Below are positions 8,244 to 18,810 of a stretch of DNA of 64,000 nt, one piece after another. Origin of the DNA: Microcoleus sp. (GTDB lineage: Bacteria; Cyanobacteriota; Cyanobacteriia; Cyanobacteriales; Microcoleaceae); contig JAYFMW010000022.1 of NCBI GenBank assembly GCA_042408215.1, positions 35,974 to 99,973 on the forward strand, in the 5' to 3' direction. Under the pieces are notes generated by a model that made no database searches, was not told the DNA's origin, and worked only from the letters and a program-made list of their open reading frames with translations. The position numbers and the translations under genes are program-made. Each line of letters starts with the position of its first letter. The first letter of the stretch is position 1.

Positions 8244-8795
8244 TCATACAGCATTTGCTGTTTCACGTACAGATTGAAGAAAATGAACGATCTCTTGCAT
8301 AACTGAAGACAATTGTAGAATCTCAATATCTTTATTAGTCAATCGAGCGATAATCTCTGAGCGATCCTGAACTATTTCCGATCGAGCAATCAATTCTTCT
8401 AAAGTTTTTTTAGGTTTGATAACGGCGCGATCGAGTATATCTTGATGTGGTATGTATCCTAGCAACCGCGAAAGCAAAGAGACATCTTGAAAAAAGATAA
8501 TTTCCATTTCAGGAACAGCCATAACTACTTTGACTGGCGTATTTATAGATACGCTTTCAACTGTTTCTTCAATATCTTTGCGGCGTTGTTGAACTAACTC
8601 CGGTACCACTGAATCTGCATCAACTACAATAACAACTGGTACTCGTCGGCGCACCACTAGAGAACGAGCTAGTGACTCGACACCAGATACTCTACCAACA
8701 GCAACAACTCCCACATCAGTGAGTAAATTTGCTGGCAGCACAGTTTTAAGTAATTGTGCATCGAAAGACCCTTCACAAATAATGTAAGTAATCAT
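8244..8795 (-). CDS. Hypothetical protein with TOPRIM-like motifs
   Basis: N-terminal IICEGSFD, later VVDADS and PEME; ATGA overlap with the upstream nuclease gene. Confidence 0.7.
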   Translation of the reverse strand: MITYIICEGSFDAQLLKTVLPANLLTDVGVVAVGRVSGVESLARSLVVRRRVPVVIVVDADSVVPELVQQRRKDIEETVESVSINTPVKVVMAVPEMEIIFFQDVSLLSRLLGYIPHQDILDRAVIKPKKTLEELIARSEIVQDRSEIIARLTNKDIEILQLSSVMQEIVHFLQSVRETANAV

Positions 8796-9346
8796 TGAAT
8801 ATATCTCTCTCTAATGTTATAATCAGGCAACCCATCTTCTATATATCCACGATATTTTAGGATTAATAGTTCACAGATATTTTCATTATCTAACGCATAT
8901 TTTATTTCTTCTCCATCCCACAGTAGGATTGCTTGGGGTGATGAGAAACAAGATAGATTGCGGGCTGGTAGTGTAAAGCCAGTTCGACTAAAAACCAATC
9001 CAACTACACCAGCAGGACGGCGTAAAAGCTGATTGCGAAGCTTAGCAATAGGAGCAATATTAACTTTTGTTCCGTCTGCAAAGTCTTTGCTTTCAACTAA
9101 ACAAGAAAGTCCCAAACAATGGACAGCACCATCAATTTGTTCAACTTCCTCATCAAAAAGTTTCACGCTGTAAGGCCATCTTACCTGTGCAGCATCAAGT
9201 TGAAATGCTCGTAGAACCAGGTACTCAAAGGCTTTGCCCGCGTCCCATCCAGGGGTGCTACGATTCTCGATATTGTCCCATAGAGTTCGTAACTCATCCC
9301 ATTGTAGCGACTGAATCATCCTTTCATAATCTTTTGACGCAACCAA
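8792..9346 (-). CDS. Mrr-like PD-(D/E)xK restriction endonuclease domain protein
   Basis: GKAFEYL...EQIDG...VESKD...SRTGFT motifs. Confidence 0.8.
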   Translation of the reverse strand: MVASKDYERMIQSLQWDELRTLWDNIENRSTPGWDAGKAFEYLVLRAFQLDAAQVRWPYSVKLFDEEVEQIDGAVHCLGLSCLVESKDFADGTKVNIAPIAKLRNQLLRRPAGVVGLVFSRTGFTLPARNLSCFSSPQAILLWDGEEIKYALDNENICELLILKYRGYIEDGLPDYNIRERYIQ

Positions 9347-9535
9347 TTTTTATACTCCACTCCAATAACTACACGCTTCTCAGTAAGTAATCTATTTAAG
9401 TTTATCATAAAACTTGATAACTGATTATCGTCACCCGCCAGAGATTACCTCGAACGCCGAAAAGATCGCCTTTACGATCGGTACAATACTATCACATCTT
9501 GCTGTAGGCATAGCCCGATCGCCAAGATATCCCCA

Positions 9536-9600
9536 TTTTCATAATCTTTTCATTTTTGCTGAATCTGTGGTATATTAAAACAATGAAAGAATTATAAAAA
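9536..9600. promoter_or_regulatory. Candidate ManR binding sites upstream of mntC
   Basis: Minus-strand AATGAAAAGATTATGAAAA (9536-9554) and plus-strand AATGAAAGAATTATAAAAA (9582-9600) resemble the ManR direct repeat TATGAAAAGAATATGAGAA. Confidence 0.65.
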
Positions 9601-9606
9601 ACCACA

Positions 9607-10587
9607 ATGAATCATCAGGCGCTCTGCCGTAAAACGTATAAAATTGGTATATTCGGGCTATTGCTTGGTTTTTGGCTCAGCGGGTGTAACGCTCAGACGA
9701 CCGATCCTCAAACCAAGCAAAATGGCGATTCTAGCCCGATCGCCAGCAATTCCACCCGAAAAGACAAAAAAGTCATTCTCACCACCTTTACCGTCCTGGC
9801 AGACATGGCTCAGAACGTTGCGGGGGCAAAGGCGATTGTCGAATCAATTACCAAGCCTGGGGCGGAAATTCACGGCTATGAAGTTACGCCCAGCGACTTA
9901 AAACGGGGGAAAGATGCCAATTTGATTTTAGAAAACGGCCTGAACTTAGAGCGCTGGGCCACCCGATTTTACAACAGTCTCCCCAAAGTTTCTCACATTA
10001 CCCTAAGTGAGGGAGTTCAACCAGTAAATATTGCAGAAGATGCCTATCAAGGCAAACCCAATCCCCATGCTTGGATGTCGCCAAAAAATGCCTTGATTTA
10101 CGTCGATAACATTCGCAAGACATTAGGAAATCTCGACCCGGTTAACGCTGCAAGCTATAACGCGAATGCGGCAAAATACAGTGAGCAAATTAAGGCCATT
10201 GACGTAAAACTCAAACAAGCTATTTCAGCCATTCCCCCCGACAAACGCTACATAGTAAGTTGCGAAGGTGCCTTCTCCTACATAGCCCGCGATTACGGCT
10301 TAAAAGAAGTGTACCTGTGGCCAGTCAACGCCGAACAACAAGCCACACCAAAACAAGTTGAACGGGTGATTAATACAGTCAAAGCAAACCAAATACCGGC
10401 TGTATTTTGCGAGAGTACCGTCAGCAATCAAGCACAGCTTCAGGTAGCAAAAGAAACAGGCGCAAAATTTGCCGGGGTGTTTTATGTCGATTCCCTATCT
10501 CCACCCGACGGGCCCGCATCAACCTATCTTAAGTTACTTGAATATAATGTCAATACTTTGATAAAAGGACTACAGGTTAATCGGTAA
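9607..10587 (+). CDS. mntC: Mn ABC transporter substrate-binding lipoprotein
   Basis: Lipobox LSGC; EIHGYE, PNPHAW, CEGAFSY, ESTV, DSL. Confidence 0.92.
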   Translation: MNHQALCRKTYKIGIFGLLLGFWLSGCNAQTTDPQTKQNGDSSPIASNSTRKDKKVILTTFTVLADMAQNVAGAKAIVESITKPGAEIHGYEVTPSDLKRGKDANLILENGLNLERWATRFYNSLPKVSHITLSEGVQPVNIAEDAYQGKPNPHAWMSPKNALIYVDNIRKTLGNLDPVNAASYNANAAKYSEQIKAIDVKLKQAISAIPPDKRYIVSCEGAFSYIARDYGLKEVYLWPVNAEQQATPKQVERVINTVKANQIPAVFCESTVSNQAQLQVAKETGAKFAGVFYVDSLSPPDGPASTYLKLLEYNVNTLIKGLQVNR

Positions 10588-10604
10588 TGGGGCATTGGGG
10601 AATG

Positions 10605-10950
10605 GTGTCAAGTTAAGCCTGAACCCATATAAATGTCGCTTTTAGGCAAAGTTTAGATCCCCCTAAATCCCCCTTAAGAAGGGGGACTTTGAGAAGACTC
10701 TTGTCCCCCCCTTAAGAAGGGGGGCTAGGGCAGGGCTGTTTCATTCTCTGTAGGGGCGGTGCCCCCGTGCCCGCCCCCATCCATGAAACACATAACAAAA
10801 TCGTGGACGAAGAGGGTAGGCACGGGGGCACTACCCCTACAAAATGATGATTTGTCTGAGAATGAAACCGCCCTAGGGGCTAGGGGGGATCGATCCCTAA
10901 TCGTCAGACAGGAGACTGGTAGTAGGTTTTGAGCCTCGTGCGTAAGTTCT
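10605..10950. repeat. Nested repeat cluster between mntC and mntA
   Basis: Family D element interrupted by an AGGGCTGTTTCATTCTC/GAGAATGAAACCGCCCT element (10732-10875), which itself contains a GTAG REP doublet. Confidence 0.8.
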
Positions 10951-10980
10951 TTAGGTAATTGGTAATTGGGAGAAAATCAG

Positions 10981-11757
10981 ATGAATGAAATCAGCATTGA
11001 TCTTGAGAATGTGACAGTTGCTTATCATGGCAAAGTAGCCTTGCACAGCGCCTCACTGCAACTCCAACCGGGGACAATTTGTGGTTTGGTGGGGATGAAT
11101 GGCGCGGGAAAATCGACTTTATTCAAGGCAATTATGGGGTTTGTCAAGCCAAACACCGGACGAATTTTAATTAATGGTTTGCCGATTCGTCAAGTGCAAA
11201 AATGCAATTTGGTTGCCTATGTGCCTCAGTCGGAAGAGGTAGATTGGAATTTTCCGGTGAACGTTTATGATGTGGTGATGATGGGACGCTATGGGTACAT
11301 GAATCTGTTGCGGATTCCTAGATCGATCGATAAACAAGCCGTGCGAGAAAGTTTGGAAAGGGTGGAAATGTGGCCCATGGGCGATCGGCAAATCGGAGAG
11401 TTATCCGGCGGACAAAAAAAACGCACCTTTTTTGCGCGGGCTTTGGCGCAACAGGGCAAAGTTTTGCTATTGGATGAACCCTTTGCCGGAGTCGATATCA
11501 AAACCGAGAAAATGATGATTAACCTGTTAATGGAACTGCGCCAAACAGGACATACAATTCTCGTTTCAACTCATGATTTAGAATCCATTACCACATTTTG
11601 CGACCAAGTAGTATTAATTAATCGCAGCATTCTCGCCTATGGTAACACCTCGGAAGTGTTTACAGAGGAAAATCTTTCCCGCACCTTTGGCGGTTCTGTG
11701 GGTGATTTTTCGTCTGCCAAAAGTCGGTTAATTCAAGTCAATAGGGAGGAAAAATAA
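10981..11757 (+). CDS. mntA: Mn ABC transporter ATPase
   Basis: [28 protein letters not shown]. Confidence 0.92.
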   Translation: MNEISIDLENVTVAYHGKVALHSASLQLQPGTICGLVGMNGAGKSTLFKAIMGFVKPNTGRILINGLPIRQVQKCNLVAYVPQSEEVDWNFPVNVYDVVMMGRYGYMNLLRIPRSIDKQAVRESLERVEMWPMGDRQIGELSGGQKKRTFFARALAQQGKVLLLDEPFAGVDIKTEKMMINLLMELRQTGHTILVSTHDLESITTFCDQVVLINRSILAYGNTSEVFTEENLSRTFGGSVGDFSSAKSRLIQVNREEK

Positions 11758-12614
11758 TGGATTTAATTCAGTGGTTTGTGGCACCGTTGCAGCATGAATT
11801 TATGGTGAAGGCGATTTTAGTCAGCGCTTTAGTAGGGCTTGTTTGTTCTGCGCTTTCTTGCTACATGACTTTGAAAGGATGGGCTTTGATGGGCGATGCG
11901 GTTTCTCATGCGGTGATGCCGGGAGTTGTGATTGCTTATGTGTTGAATATTCCTTTGGCTGTGGGGGCGTTTGTGTTTGGGGTGGGTTCGGTAATGGCGA
12001 TCGGCTTTATCAAAGCGCAAACTCGCGTTAAAGAAGATACGGTGATTGGTTTAGTGTTTACGGGATTTTTTGCCTTTGGTTTAGTCTTAATTTCTAAAGT
12101 CCGAAGTTCGATTGATTTAACGCATATTTTGTTTGGTAATGTGTTGGGCATTTCGGATGCTGATATTATTCAAACGGTAATCATTAGTGTCATTACTATC
12201 GTGACGCTGGCAATTTTACGCAAAGATTTAGTCCTGTTTTGTTTTGATTCGACTCACGCGCGATCGATCGGTTTAAATATCACTTTCCTCTATTATGTGT
12301 TGCTGTCTTTGCTATCCCTCACCGCCGTAGCTGGACTTCAAACTGTGGGCATTATTTTAGTGGTAGCAATGTTGGTGACTCCGGGAGCAACGGCGTATTT
12401 ATTGAGCGATAACTTTGACCACATGACGCTAATTGCGATCGCCACTGGCGTATTTTCTAGCGTCATGGGAACATATATCAGCTACTATATTGATGCTTCG
12501 ACAGGCGGATGTATTGTGGTGCTGCAAACGCTGATGTTTGTGTTGGCGATGATTTTTGCCCCGAAACATGGTTTATTAGTTAGAGCGAGGAATTCAGGGG
12601 CGATCGGTGAATAA
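11757..12614 (+). CDS. mntB: Mn ABC transporter permease
   Basis: GDAVSHAVMPG, KEDTVIG, LFGNVL; TAATG overlap with mntA. Confidence 0.92.
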   Translation: MDLIQWFVAPLQHEFMVKAILVSALVGLVCSALSCYMTLKGWALMGDAVSHAVMPGVVIAYVLNIPLAVGAFVFGVGSVMAIGFIKAQTRVKEDTVIGLVFTGFFAFGLVLISKVRSSIDLTHILFGNVLGISDADIIQTVIISVITIVTLAILRKDLVLFCFDSTHARSIGLNITFLYYVLLSLLSLTAVAGLQTVGIILVVAMLVTPGATAYLLSDNFDHMTLIAIATGVFSSVMGTYISYYIDASTGGCIVVLQTLMFVLAMIFAPKHGLLVRARNSGAIGE

Positions 12615-12853
12615 ACAGTCCAGGACGCATTTCAAGGAAATTATGTCATTCTGAAGGTAGCGGATCGAAGTGAAGAATCTCGCCCGATTCAGCGCGCTTA
12701 CTAGGTTTATCTGAGGATTGCAATCAAAGCCTTTCCGTAAGTCGTGTAAAGCAGGAATCAATAAATGCGATCGCTGTTATATCCGCCGACTTATTTAAGA
12801 ATTCGGGGATATATGTATACCGTATTTGGTATCTAATTACCGCACTTTTCGCC

Positions 12854-13432
12854 TTATTCACTAAACTCAATATTTTCATACAAATCAGCCATCGCAATTT
12901 CCACCTGCACAGACGTTAACATCAGCCGATCGCCAATAACACCATATTCCGAAAAAATCCACTTATTCGCATCAGTCTTAGAGTATTGCTCCACCTGTAG
13001 CCGATATTGATCGATTAATAAATATTCCTGAAAACTAGGAATACTGCGATACGCAGCAAACTTTTCATCTCGATCGTAAGCTTTGGTACTTGTAGACAAA
13101 ACCTCAGCAATCAGCAGAGGATTAGTAATTGTATCCGTCCGTCCCGATTGCAGCTCGATCGGTTTCGCTACCACCATCACATCTGGGTAAGTATAATTAT
13201 TAAGCTGAGGAACCCAAAGCCGCTGATCCGAACTAAAAGTCCGATATGGTTTCCCTTTTAACGCCAGTTTCAGCGCCCCACCTAAATTAAGGGCAATTTC
13301 ATTGTGATCCGGTGTGCCGCCAGCCATCAGAATAATCTCCCCATTGATAAATTCATGCCGATCCAGAGAATTAACTTCAGCTTCCAGGTATTCCTGGGCC
13401 GTGTAGGTTTTGGTTTCAACTTGCGCGATCAT
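12854..13432 (-). CDS. Uma2 family endonuclease
   Basis: EFINGEI, YPDVMV, AEVLS-ST, YDR-EKF--Y. Confidence 0.9.
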   Translation of the reverse strand: MIAQVETKTYTAQEYLEAEVNSLDRHEFINGEIILMAGGTPDHNEIALNLGGALKLALKGKPYRTFSSDQRLWVPQLNNYTYPDVMVVAKPIELQSGRTDTITNPLLIAEVLSTSTKAYDRDEKFAAYRSIPSFQEYLLIDQYRLQVEQYSKTDANKWIFSEYGVIGDRLMLTSVQVEIAMADLYENIEFSE

Positions 13433-13749
13433 ACACAACGCTCTCCTTTAATCTACTCATTTCAGTTTATCTTAGAAATCGCTAAAAAACAGGCAAGATG
13501 CCTGTTCCACAAAGAGTTTATTTGATTATCGCAATTTTTACTATTCTTAGAAACAGGCAAGATGCCTGTTCCACAAAGAATGAATCCGATCGCACTAAAA
13601 GCAACTACCGCCATCAACCTTGACAAATTCACGTATTTCTGTATAACCATAAACGTCATAATCTTGCACCTCTAATTCTCTGAACAGTAAAGTTTTCAAC
13701 GAAAAGCTTTCAGAGAGGACAGTCATCCTCTCTACAAATTGCACTCAAC

Positions 13750-15846
13750 TCAAATATCGGACAATTCATCAAATGTCGAATCAATATCAGTTTTATCAAC
13801 AACCCCATACTGAGGAAATGGTGAATGATTAGGAGACTCCGGCGACTCCACCGAATGCACATTTGCTACTGGTGATTCGGCTACAGGTTCCACAACAACA
13901 GACTTAGATTTTTTGACATTAATTACAGGTGATTGTGCTCCATTATCTCCATTTTTACTGGTTTCATTCCGCAGCAACATTGCCATCAAACCATCCAACA
14001 AACCCCCACTACCGCCGTTACCATTGACTGTGACATCGGGAACAACGCGAACGCTACCATCTGAAACCGCCTGCATCAATTGCAACAGCGTGTAACTCTG
14101 CGTACCGAGAGCGTTGACACCAACTTGATAAGCATCGGCTTTTGCTTGTCCCATCAGCCGAATCCCTTCTGCTTCACCATTTGCGTGTTCGATCGCAGCA
14201 GTTGCACTCAATTGAGCAATTTTCACCCCTTGTTCCGCCGCCACCACCTGATTTTGAATATTTGCGATCGCCGTTGCGCGTACCAATTCTTGACGCTGAT
14301 ACTCTGAAATCCGCTGTACTTCGTAGGTTTTTTCTTGTTCCTGAGCAATTTTGCGATCGGTCAATGTTTGCATCAACTCTGCTGGCGGCGAAATCAAACC
14401 GATCAGCGTGTCCACAGCCTGCACATCATAGGCTCGTAAGGCTTCACGGACGTGTTCTGCCGCCTCTGCTTGGCGTTCGCTGCGTGCGATCAAAAAGTCG
14501 AGAATCGTATATTCTTGAGCCGAATTCCGAAAGTAATTGCCCACAATTGGACGCAACACTTGGTCGATGAGATTTTGCATCGAACCTTGGCGCGAAATGA
14601 CTCTCGGTGCATCCAAAGTACCGACATGAATGATTTGAAAAATTTCCAACTCAAAGGTAAATCCGTCAAAAGAAAGTAATTTCAGAGCGCTTAATTTTGA
14701 GTCGTAGCCATGTTCACCACTGAACCGCGATGTGAAGTTTAAAACTACATCGGTAGTGGGAACAAGTTCGACTTTCATCACCTTTGTATTGATCGGATGT
14801 TTGCCTGGATACAGCGGTTCTACCCACACACCTTTATCGCCTTTGTTGACAAGATTGCCGTGAGTAAAAGCCACGCCACTTACATCTTGGTGCGATCGCC
14901 CCACATAGGAAATCACGACGCCGACATAGCCGATCGGCACTTCGGTCATTGTCACCTGTTCAACTTGCACAAACCAGGGATTCAGGTTCCAAGAACCAGA
15001 GAGAATCACCTGTTCTTGCAAGCCCCTGCGCCCGCCACCCTTGATGAAAGATTGCGCTTTTTGGAAGTTGTCGTGACCGGGAATTATCGGCCCAGCGATT
15101 TCACCTTCATCGATCGGAATCCCGTCTAGGACGTTGGCAATTCCCACGCGATCGGGAGCAAGTTTGTAGAGTTGAAAATCCGCTGGTTTCATACCTTTTG
15201 CAGCAGCATTGGCTGAAGTAATCACCTCAAATACAGCAGTATTGATCCGATAAGTACCAGTGGTGATGATGGCGAGTTGCCGTCCTTTTTCGCCACCGTC
15301 GGTGAGGAATTTGCGGGCATTTTGAAAGTTGTCGCAATCGACGACTTTGCCTAAAATGCGATCGGAAGGAATGGTGGCTCCATCATTGGCAATAATCAAA
15401 CCAATTTCATCTTGAGGAACAACTACAACTGGTTCTTTGCGAACGCTATATTGCCAGGGAAAATAACCAAAATGCCAGCCGGGAGGCAGGGTATCTGCTT
15501 GCAAACCTCCTTCGCCATCGAGTGCAATCAATCTACTGGATGGCAAATTTTTACTGGAGAATTTTTTGACTACAATTCCCACTTCTCTTTCGCCGATCGC
15601 AATTAATCCCAAAGTCCAACCAATCTTGGGTATAAATATCAAAACTAGGAACATTGCGCCTACCGGATAGATCCAAATCGGGATGCTGAAGCCTTCTGCT
15701 TGGGCTGGTTGGACTTTTTGGGGTTGGGGAGGTGGCGATTTGACTTGAGCTGAAGTTGGTGGTGCGATCGCGCCTGCTAGTGCGATCGTGGTTGCGAAAG
15801 ATACTGCAAAGGGTAAAAGCTTGCGAAGCCAACGTGATTTAGTCAT
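13750..15846 (-). CDS. SPFH/band 7 (flotillin-like) membrane protein, paralog 1
   Basis: Signal peptide plus TM segment; repeated GYVGVV/GxxG-Q modules; S-DGF-F-LE, GNYFRN, C-terminal coiled coil. Confidence 0.85.
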   Translation of the reverse strand: MTKSRWLRKLLPFAVSFATTIALAGAIAPPTSAQVKSPPPQPQKVQPAQAEGFSIPIWIYPVGAMFLVLIFIPKIGWTLGLIAIGEREVGIVVKKFSSKNLPSSRLIALDGEGGLQADTLPPGWHFGYFPWQYSVRKEPVVVVPQDEIGLIIANDGATIPSDRILGKVVDCDNFQNARKFLTDGGEKGRQLAIITTGTYRINTAVFEVITSANAAAKGMKPADFQLYKLAPDRVGIANVLDGIPIDEGEIAGPIIPGHDNFQKAQSFIKGGGRRGLQEQVILSGSWNLNPWFVQVEQVTMTEVPIGYVGVVISYVGRSHQDVSGVAFTHGNLVNKGDKGVWVEPLYPGKHPINTKVMKVELVPTTDVVLNFTSRFSGEHGYDSKLSALKLLSFDGFTFELEIFQIIHVGTLDAPRVISRQGSMQNLIDQVLRPIVGNYFRNSAQEYTILDFLIARSERQAEAAEHVREALRAYDVQAVDTLIGLISPPAELMQTLTDRKIAQEQEKTYEVQRISEYQRQELVRATAIANIQNQVVAAEQGVKIAQLSATAAIEHANGEAEGIRLMGQAKADAYQVGVNALGTQSYTLLQLMQAVSDGSVRVVPDVTVNGNGGSGGLLDGLMAMLLRNETSKNGDNGAQSPVINVKKSKSVVVEPVAESPVANVHSVESPESPNHSPFPQYGVVDKTDIDSTFDELSDI

Positions 15847-16021
15847 AGTTTTCAATCTGTTTAAAGCTGAAACTTACGGGAAATTTGTTTACTACAATCA
15901 GTATGCAACAGATTTCTTTTGATGTCAATTCATTAAATTTATTAATTATGTTCATAAAAGTCATATTTTGAATATGATTTTGTAGGGAGTGCGATCGGTT
16001 TATCTCAAAACCAAGCAAATT

Positions 16022-16142
16022 CGGAGACGGCAATGCCGTTTCCCTACCCGATTATTTGTAGGAAAACGGCACTGCCGTCTCCTAATTTCTTTTCTACCCA
16101 AAATCATATTGTAGGGACACGGCACTGCCGTCTCCTAATTTC
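16022..16142. repeat. Cluster of three GTAG-type REP hairpins (GGAGACGGCANTGCCGT)
   Basis: Hairpins at about 16023, 16058 and 16111; the last contains the cbiQ stop codon. Confidence 0.75.
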
Positions 16143-16939
16143 TTTGAAATACCACACTTAACAGGGTTAAAACCGTGCAACCAAACAGAGCTTCTAATGT
16201 ATATCTTCGCGAAGGTTTGTAAGGGTAAGAATGCCAAACACGCAGTTCTCCGTTAAAGCCGCGCGATGCTAAACTCAACGAAACTTGACGGTAATTTACC
16301 AAAGTTCGCTGAAGCAATTGCCCGATTAAAATGCCTAAACTACGCATTCCTAATTTCCAAGTGCGATAGCCACAGCGCGAGTTTTGTGCTATCCAAAGTT
16401 CATCGGCGATCGCCAATAAGCTAAAAATGAAGCGATACATCAACAACAGCAATTCTGTCAACAACGGCGGAAAGCGTAATTGTCTGAGAATTTGCAAGAT
16501 TTCTGTAAATGGAATCGTCAAGAGGATGAAATACATACAACTTGTCGAAGCCAAGGTGCGGGTGAATAACAAACTCACTTGGTATAATCCAGTGCGACTC
16601 ACATACAGATAAAAATTGCCGATGCTAATCCCCCAACCTTGCCAAATATCCCACTGAATTGCCTGGATTTGATTTAACTGAATTCCACCGATCGCCAAAG
16701 CAGGCAAACTTGTCAGCAAAAACACTCAACGGGAGTGACAACAACCGCAGATAAAGTTTCCCAGGAATCCCTGCATAGATGACGATCCAGACTGCTAACC
16801 AAAGGGCGATCGACAATTGGACGATCGCCCCAGAAACCAGAGAAAGAATTAATAGGGCGATCGCAAACGATAATTTATGAGTTGGCGGCAACCCGCGCAA
16901 ACGATTAGTGTAAGCCAGACTATCAATCTGATGATTCAT
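16135..16939 (-). pseudogene. cbiQ: Cobalt ECF transporter T component CbiQ, frameshifted
   Basis: N-terminal part (MNHQIDSLAYTNRLR) and C-terminal part (LMYRFIF, SRCGY, SRGFNG) are in different frames; shift near 16720-16730. Confidence 0.8.
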
Positions 16940-17036
16940 TCCAAAGTCTTCCAGTCCGCGCAGGCGGACTTTGTATGTGTAGAAGCGAATTCTATTCGCC
17001 GTTTATTCGCCCTGTATTCGCGATTTATTCCGACGA

Positions 17037-17357
17037 TTAATCATCAGATTTCTGAGATTGCGATCGTCCTTTATAAAGCCCGATCGCATATCCAACCACA
17101 CCAGCCCCCAGCGCCGCTTGAGTCGCAAATAAAAGACTCGCAACTTCTCCACTAGCAGGCTCAAACAAATGATTGAACCAAGGTTTATAGCCCGGTTGAA
17201 TTTCCGTAATTGCCTTCTGTGCTTCCCCATCCGCCCCGCCGTATTCACCCCGCACAAAAACTAGCGGCATAATGGCTAGTGCAACAACTCCAATTACTAA
17301 CAGCCAATTTTGTTGTGAAGTAGCTTGCTGATTGCTAGTAGGTTTTCGATTCATCAC
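17037..17357 (-). CDS. cbiN: Cobalt transport protein CbiN
   Basis: GGADGEA, Y-PWF, PASGEV-SLLFA-QAALGAG. Confidence 0.92.
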   Translation of the reverse strand: MMNRKPTSNQQATSQQNWLLVIGVVALAIMPLVFVRGEYGGADGEAQKAITEIQPGYKPWFNHLFEPASGEVASLLFATQAALGAGVVGYAIGLYKGRSQSQKSDD

Positions 17358-18119
17358 TTAAGACTCCTGTTTCAATAATTTCAGAATTTCCAACTCTGGT
17401 TGCCCGTAAGAATGCAGCCAATTCCACACCAATAAAGTCAGCAATCCCTCACTAATAGCCAGGGGTACTTGAGTAATCGCAAAGATGCCAGCAAACTTAA
17501 GAAACGAAGCCATAAAACCGCCACTCGCAGCCGGAAAAGCTAACGCCAACTGCATCGAAGTAACCACATAAGTCAGCAAATCAGCCAAAGCCGCCGCACA
17601 AAAAATTGCCGCCCGTTGGTTGCCAGTTCGCATCAGCAATTGATAGATAAAATACGCAGCAAACGGGCCAACAATCGCCATCGAAAACATATTAGCTCCC
17701 AGCGTTGTCAGCCCGCCGTGGGCCAACAAAACCGCTTGAAAAAGCAGCACTAAAGCGCCGAGTACAGCCATCACCGAAGGGCCAAACAAAATCGCACCCA
17801 AACCCGTACCCGTCGGGTGAGAACAACTCCCCGTTACCGAAGGAATCTTCAAAGCAGAAAGCACAAAAGTAAACGCACCGGATAAAGCTAGTAATAGTTT
17901 AAGTTCCGGGTGTTCTTTGGTAATTCGGGCGATCGATCGCAAACCTAGCACAAAAAAAGGCAACGCCACAATCCACCAAAAAACAGCCCATTGCACCGGC
18001 AAAAAACCTTCAGAAATGTGCATAGCTGCGGCCGGTGTTGCCGAGCCCAAAACAAGATAACAACTCAAGCCAGCCATCAATCCCAGACTGACCAATTTTC
18101 GATTTCTCGCCTTCATCAA
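17358..18119 (-). CDS. cbiM: Cobalt ECF transporter S component CbiM
   Basis: Signal peptide followed by [27 protein letters not shown]. Confidence 0.95.
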   Translation of the reverse strand: MMKARNRKLVSLGLMAGLSCYLVLGSATPAAAMHISEGFLPVQWAVFWWIVALPFFVLGLRSIARITKEHPELKLLLALSGAFTFVLSALKIPSVTGSCSHPTGTGLGAILFGPSVMAVLGALVLLFQAVLLAHGGLTTLGANMFSMAIVGPFAAYFIYQLLMRTGNQRAAIFCAAALADLLTYVVTSMQLALAFPAASGGFMASFLKFAGIFAITQVPLAISEGLLTLLVWNWLHSYGQPELEILKLLKQES

Positions 18120-18151
18120 GTACCTCGCCTCTGGAGACTATTTAAACCAAC

Positions 18152-18275
18152 ACATCGGCGGGCATCCTGACTCAGAAAGCAACAAAACTTTCATTACAGT
18201 TGCGGGACAGCGTTGGACTTGCACCAAACTTTCCCCATTTCCTCTAAGGGCTGCTCCCCATTAGAACCGAATTGT
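18152..18275 (-). promoter_or_regulatory. Cobalamin riboswitch upstream of cbiM
   Basis: Minus strand: GGGGAAAGTTTGGTGCAAGTCCAACGCTGTCCCGCAACTGTAA...GAGTCAGGATGCCCGCC. Confidence 0.93.
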
Positions 18276-18410
18276 TAGATTTAGTATAGTCGATCGCGCA
18301 AATCTCAGCAGATTTTTTACAAAAATTATTTCAGATTAACCAAGTCAAAATTACCTATCATCTTCTCTTCTCTTTTCTTCCTTCGCGTCCTTCGCGTCTT
18401 CGCGGTTCGT

Positions 18411-18482
18411 TCAATAAATATTATTACTGTCATTTATTCCCGCAAACGCTTTACGGAATTGGGCGGTAGTACGTGACTTCAC
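18411..18482 (-). pseudogene. Truncated 5' end of a RelE/ParE-like toxin
   Basis: The GTG overlaps the antitoxin stop (GTGA); VKSRTTAQFRKAFA is followed by unrelated sequence and a stop after 23 codons. Confidence 0.55.
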
Positions 18483-18697
18483 AATGTTTCTGGATCTAAC
18501 TCTTGGGTTTTACCTGCGCGATACTCAGCCATTGCCTCGGTTGCAAGCTTAGCAAGGAAATCTTGGGACTTTGCAAAAGTCACATCCCATTGAACTTCAT
18601 CTTCAAGTTCTGCCAAAATCATTGCTGCGATCGTGTCCTGCTCACTGGCTGGCAGGGTTTTCAATCGGGCGATTGCCCGTTCAAGTAATTCGGTCAT
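18479..18697 (-). CDS. Putative antitoxin (addiction-module-like)
   Basis: MTELLERAIARLKTLP-SEQD-IAA-IL-ELEDE--WD--F, acidic; coupled to the toxin stub. Confidence 0.7.
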   Translation of the reverse strand: MTELLERAIARLKTLPASEQDTIAAMILAELEDEVQWDVTFAKSQDFLAKLATEAMAEYRAGKTQELDPETL

Positions 18698-18810
18698 CGT
18701 TACTGTACTCCTATCAAAGAGATACTAATCATTGTAGTTTGTGGGGAGACAAAAAATCATCATCAAACCAGTAAATGTTATAATATTAGTAAGTTTTGAG
18801 GAAAGCCGCA

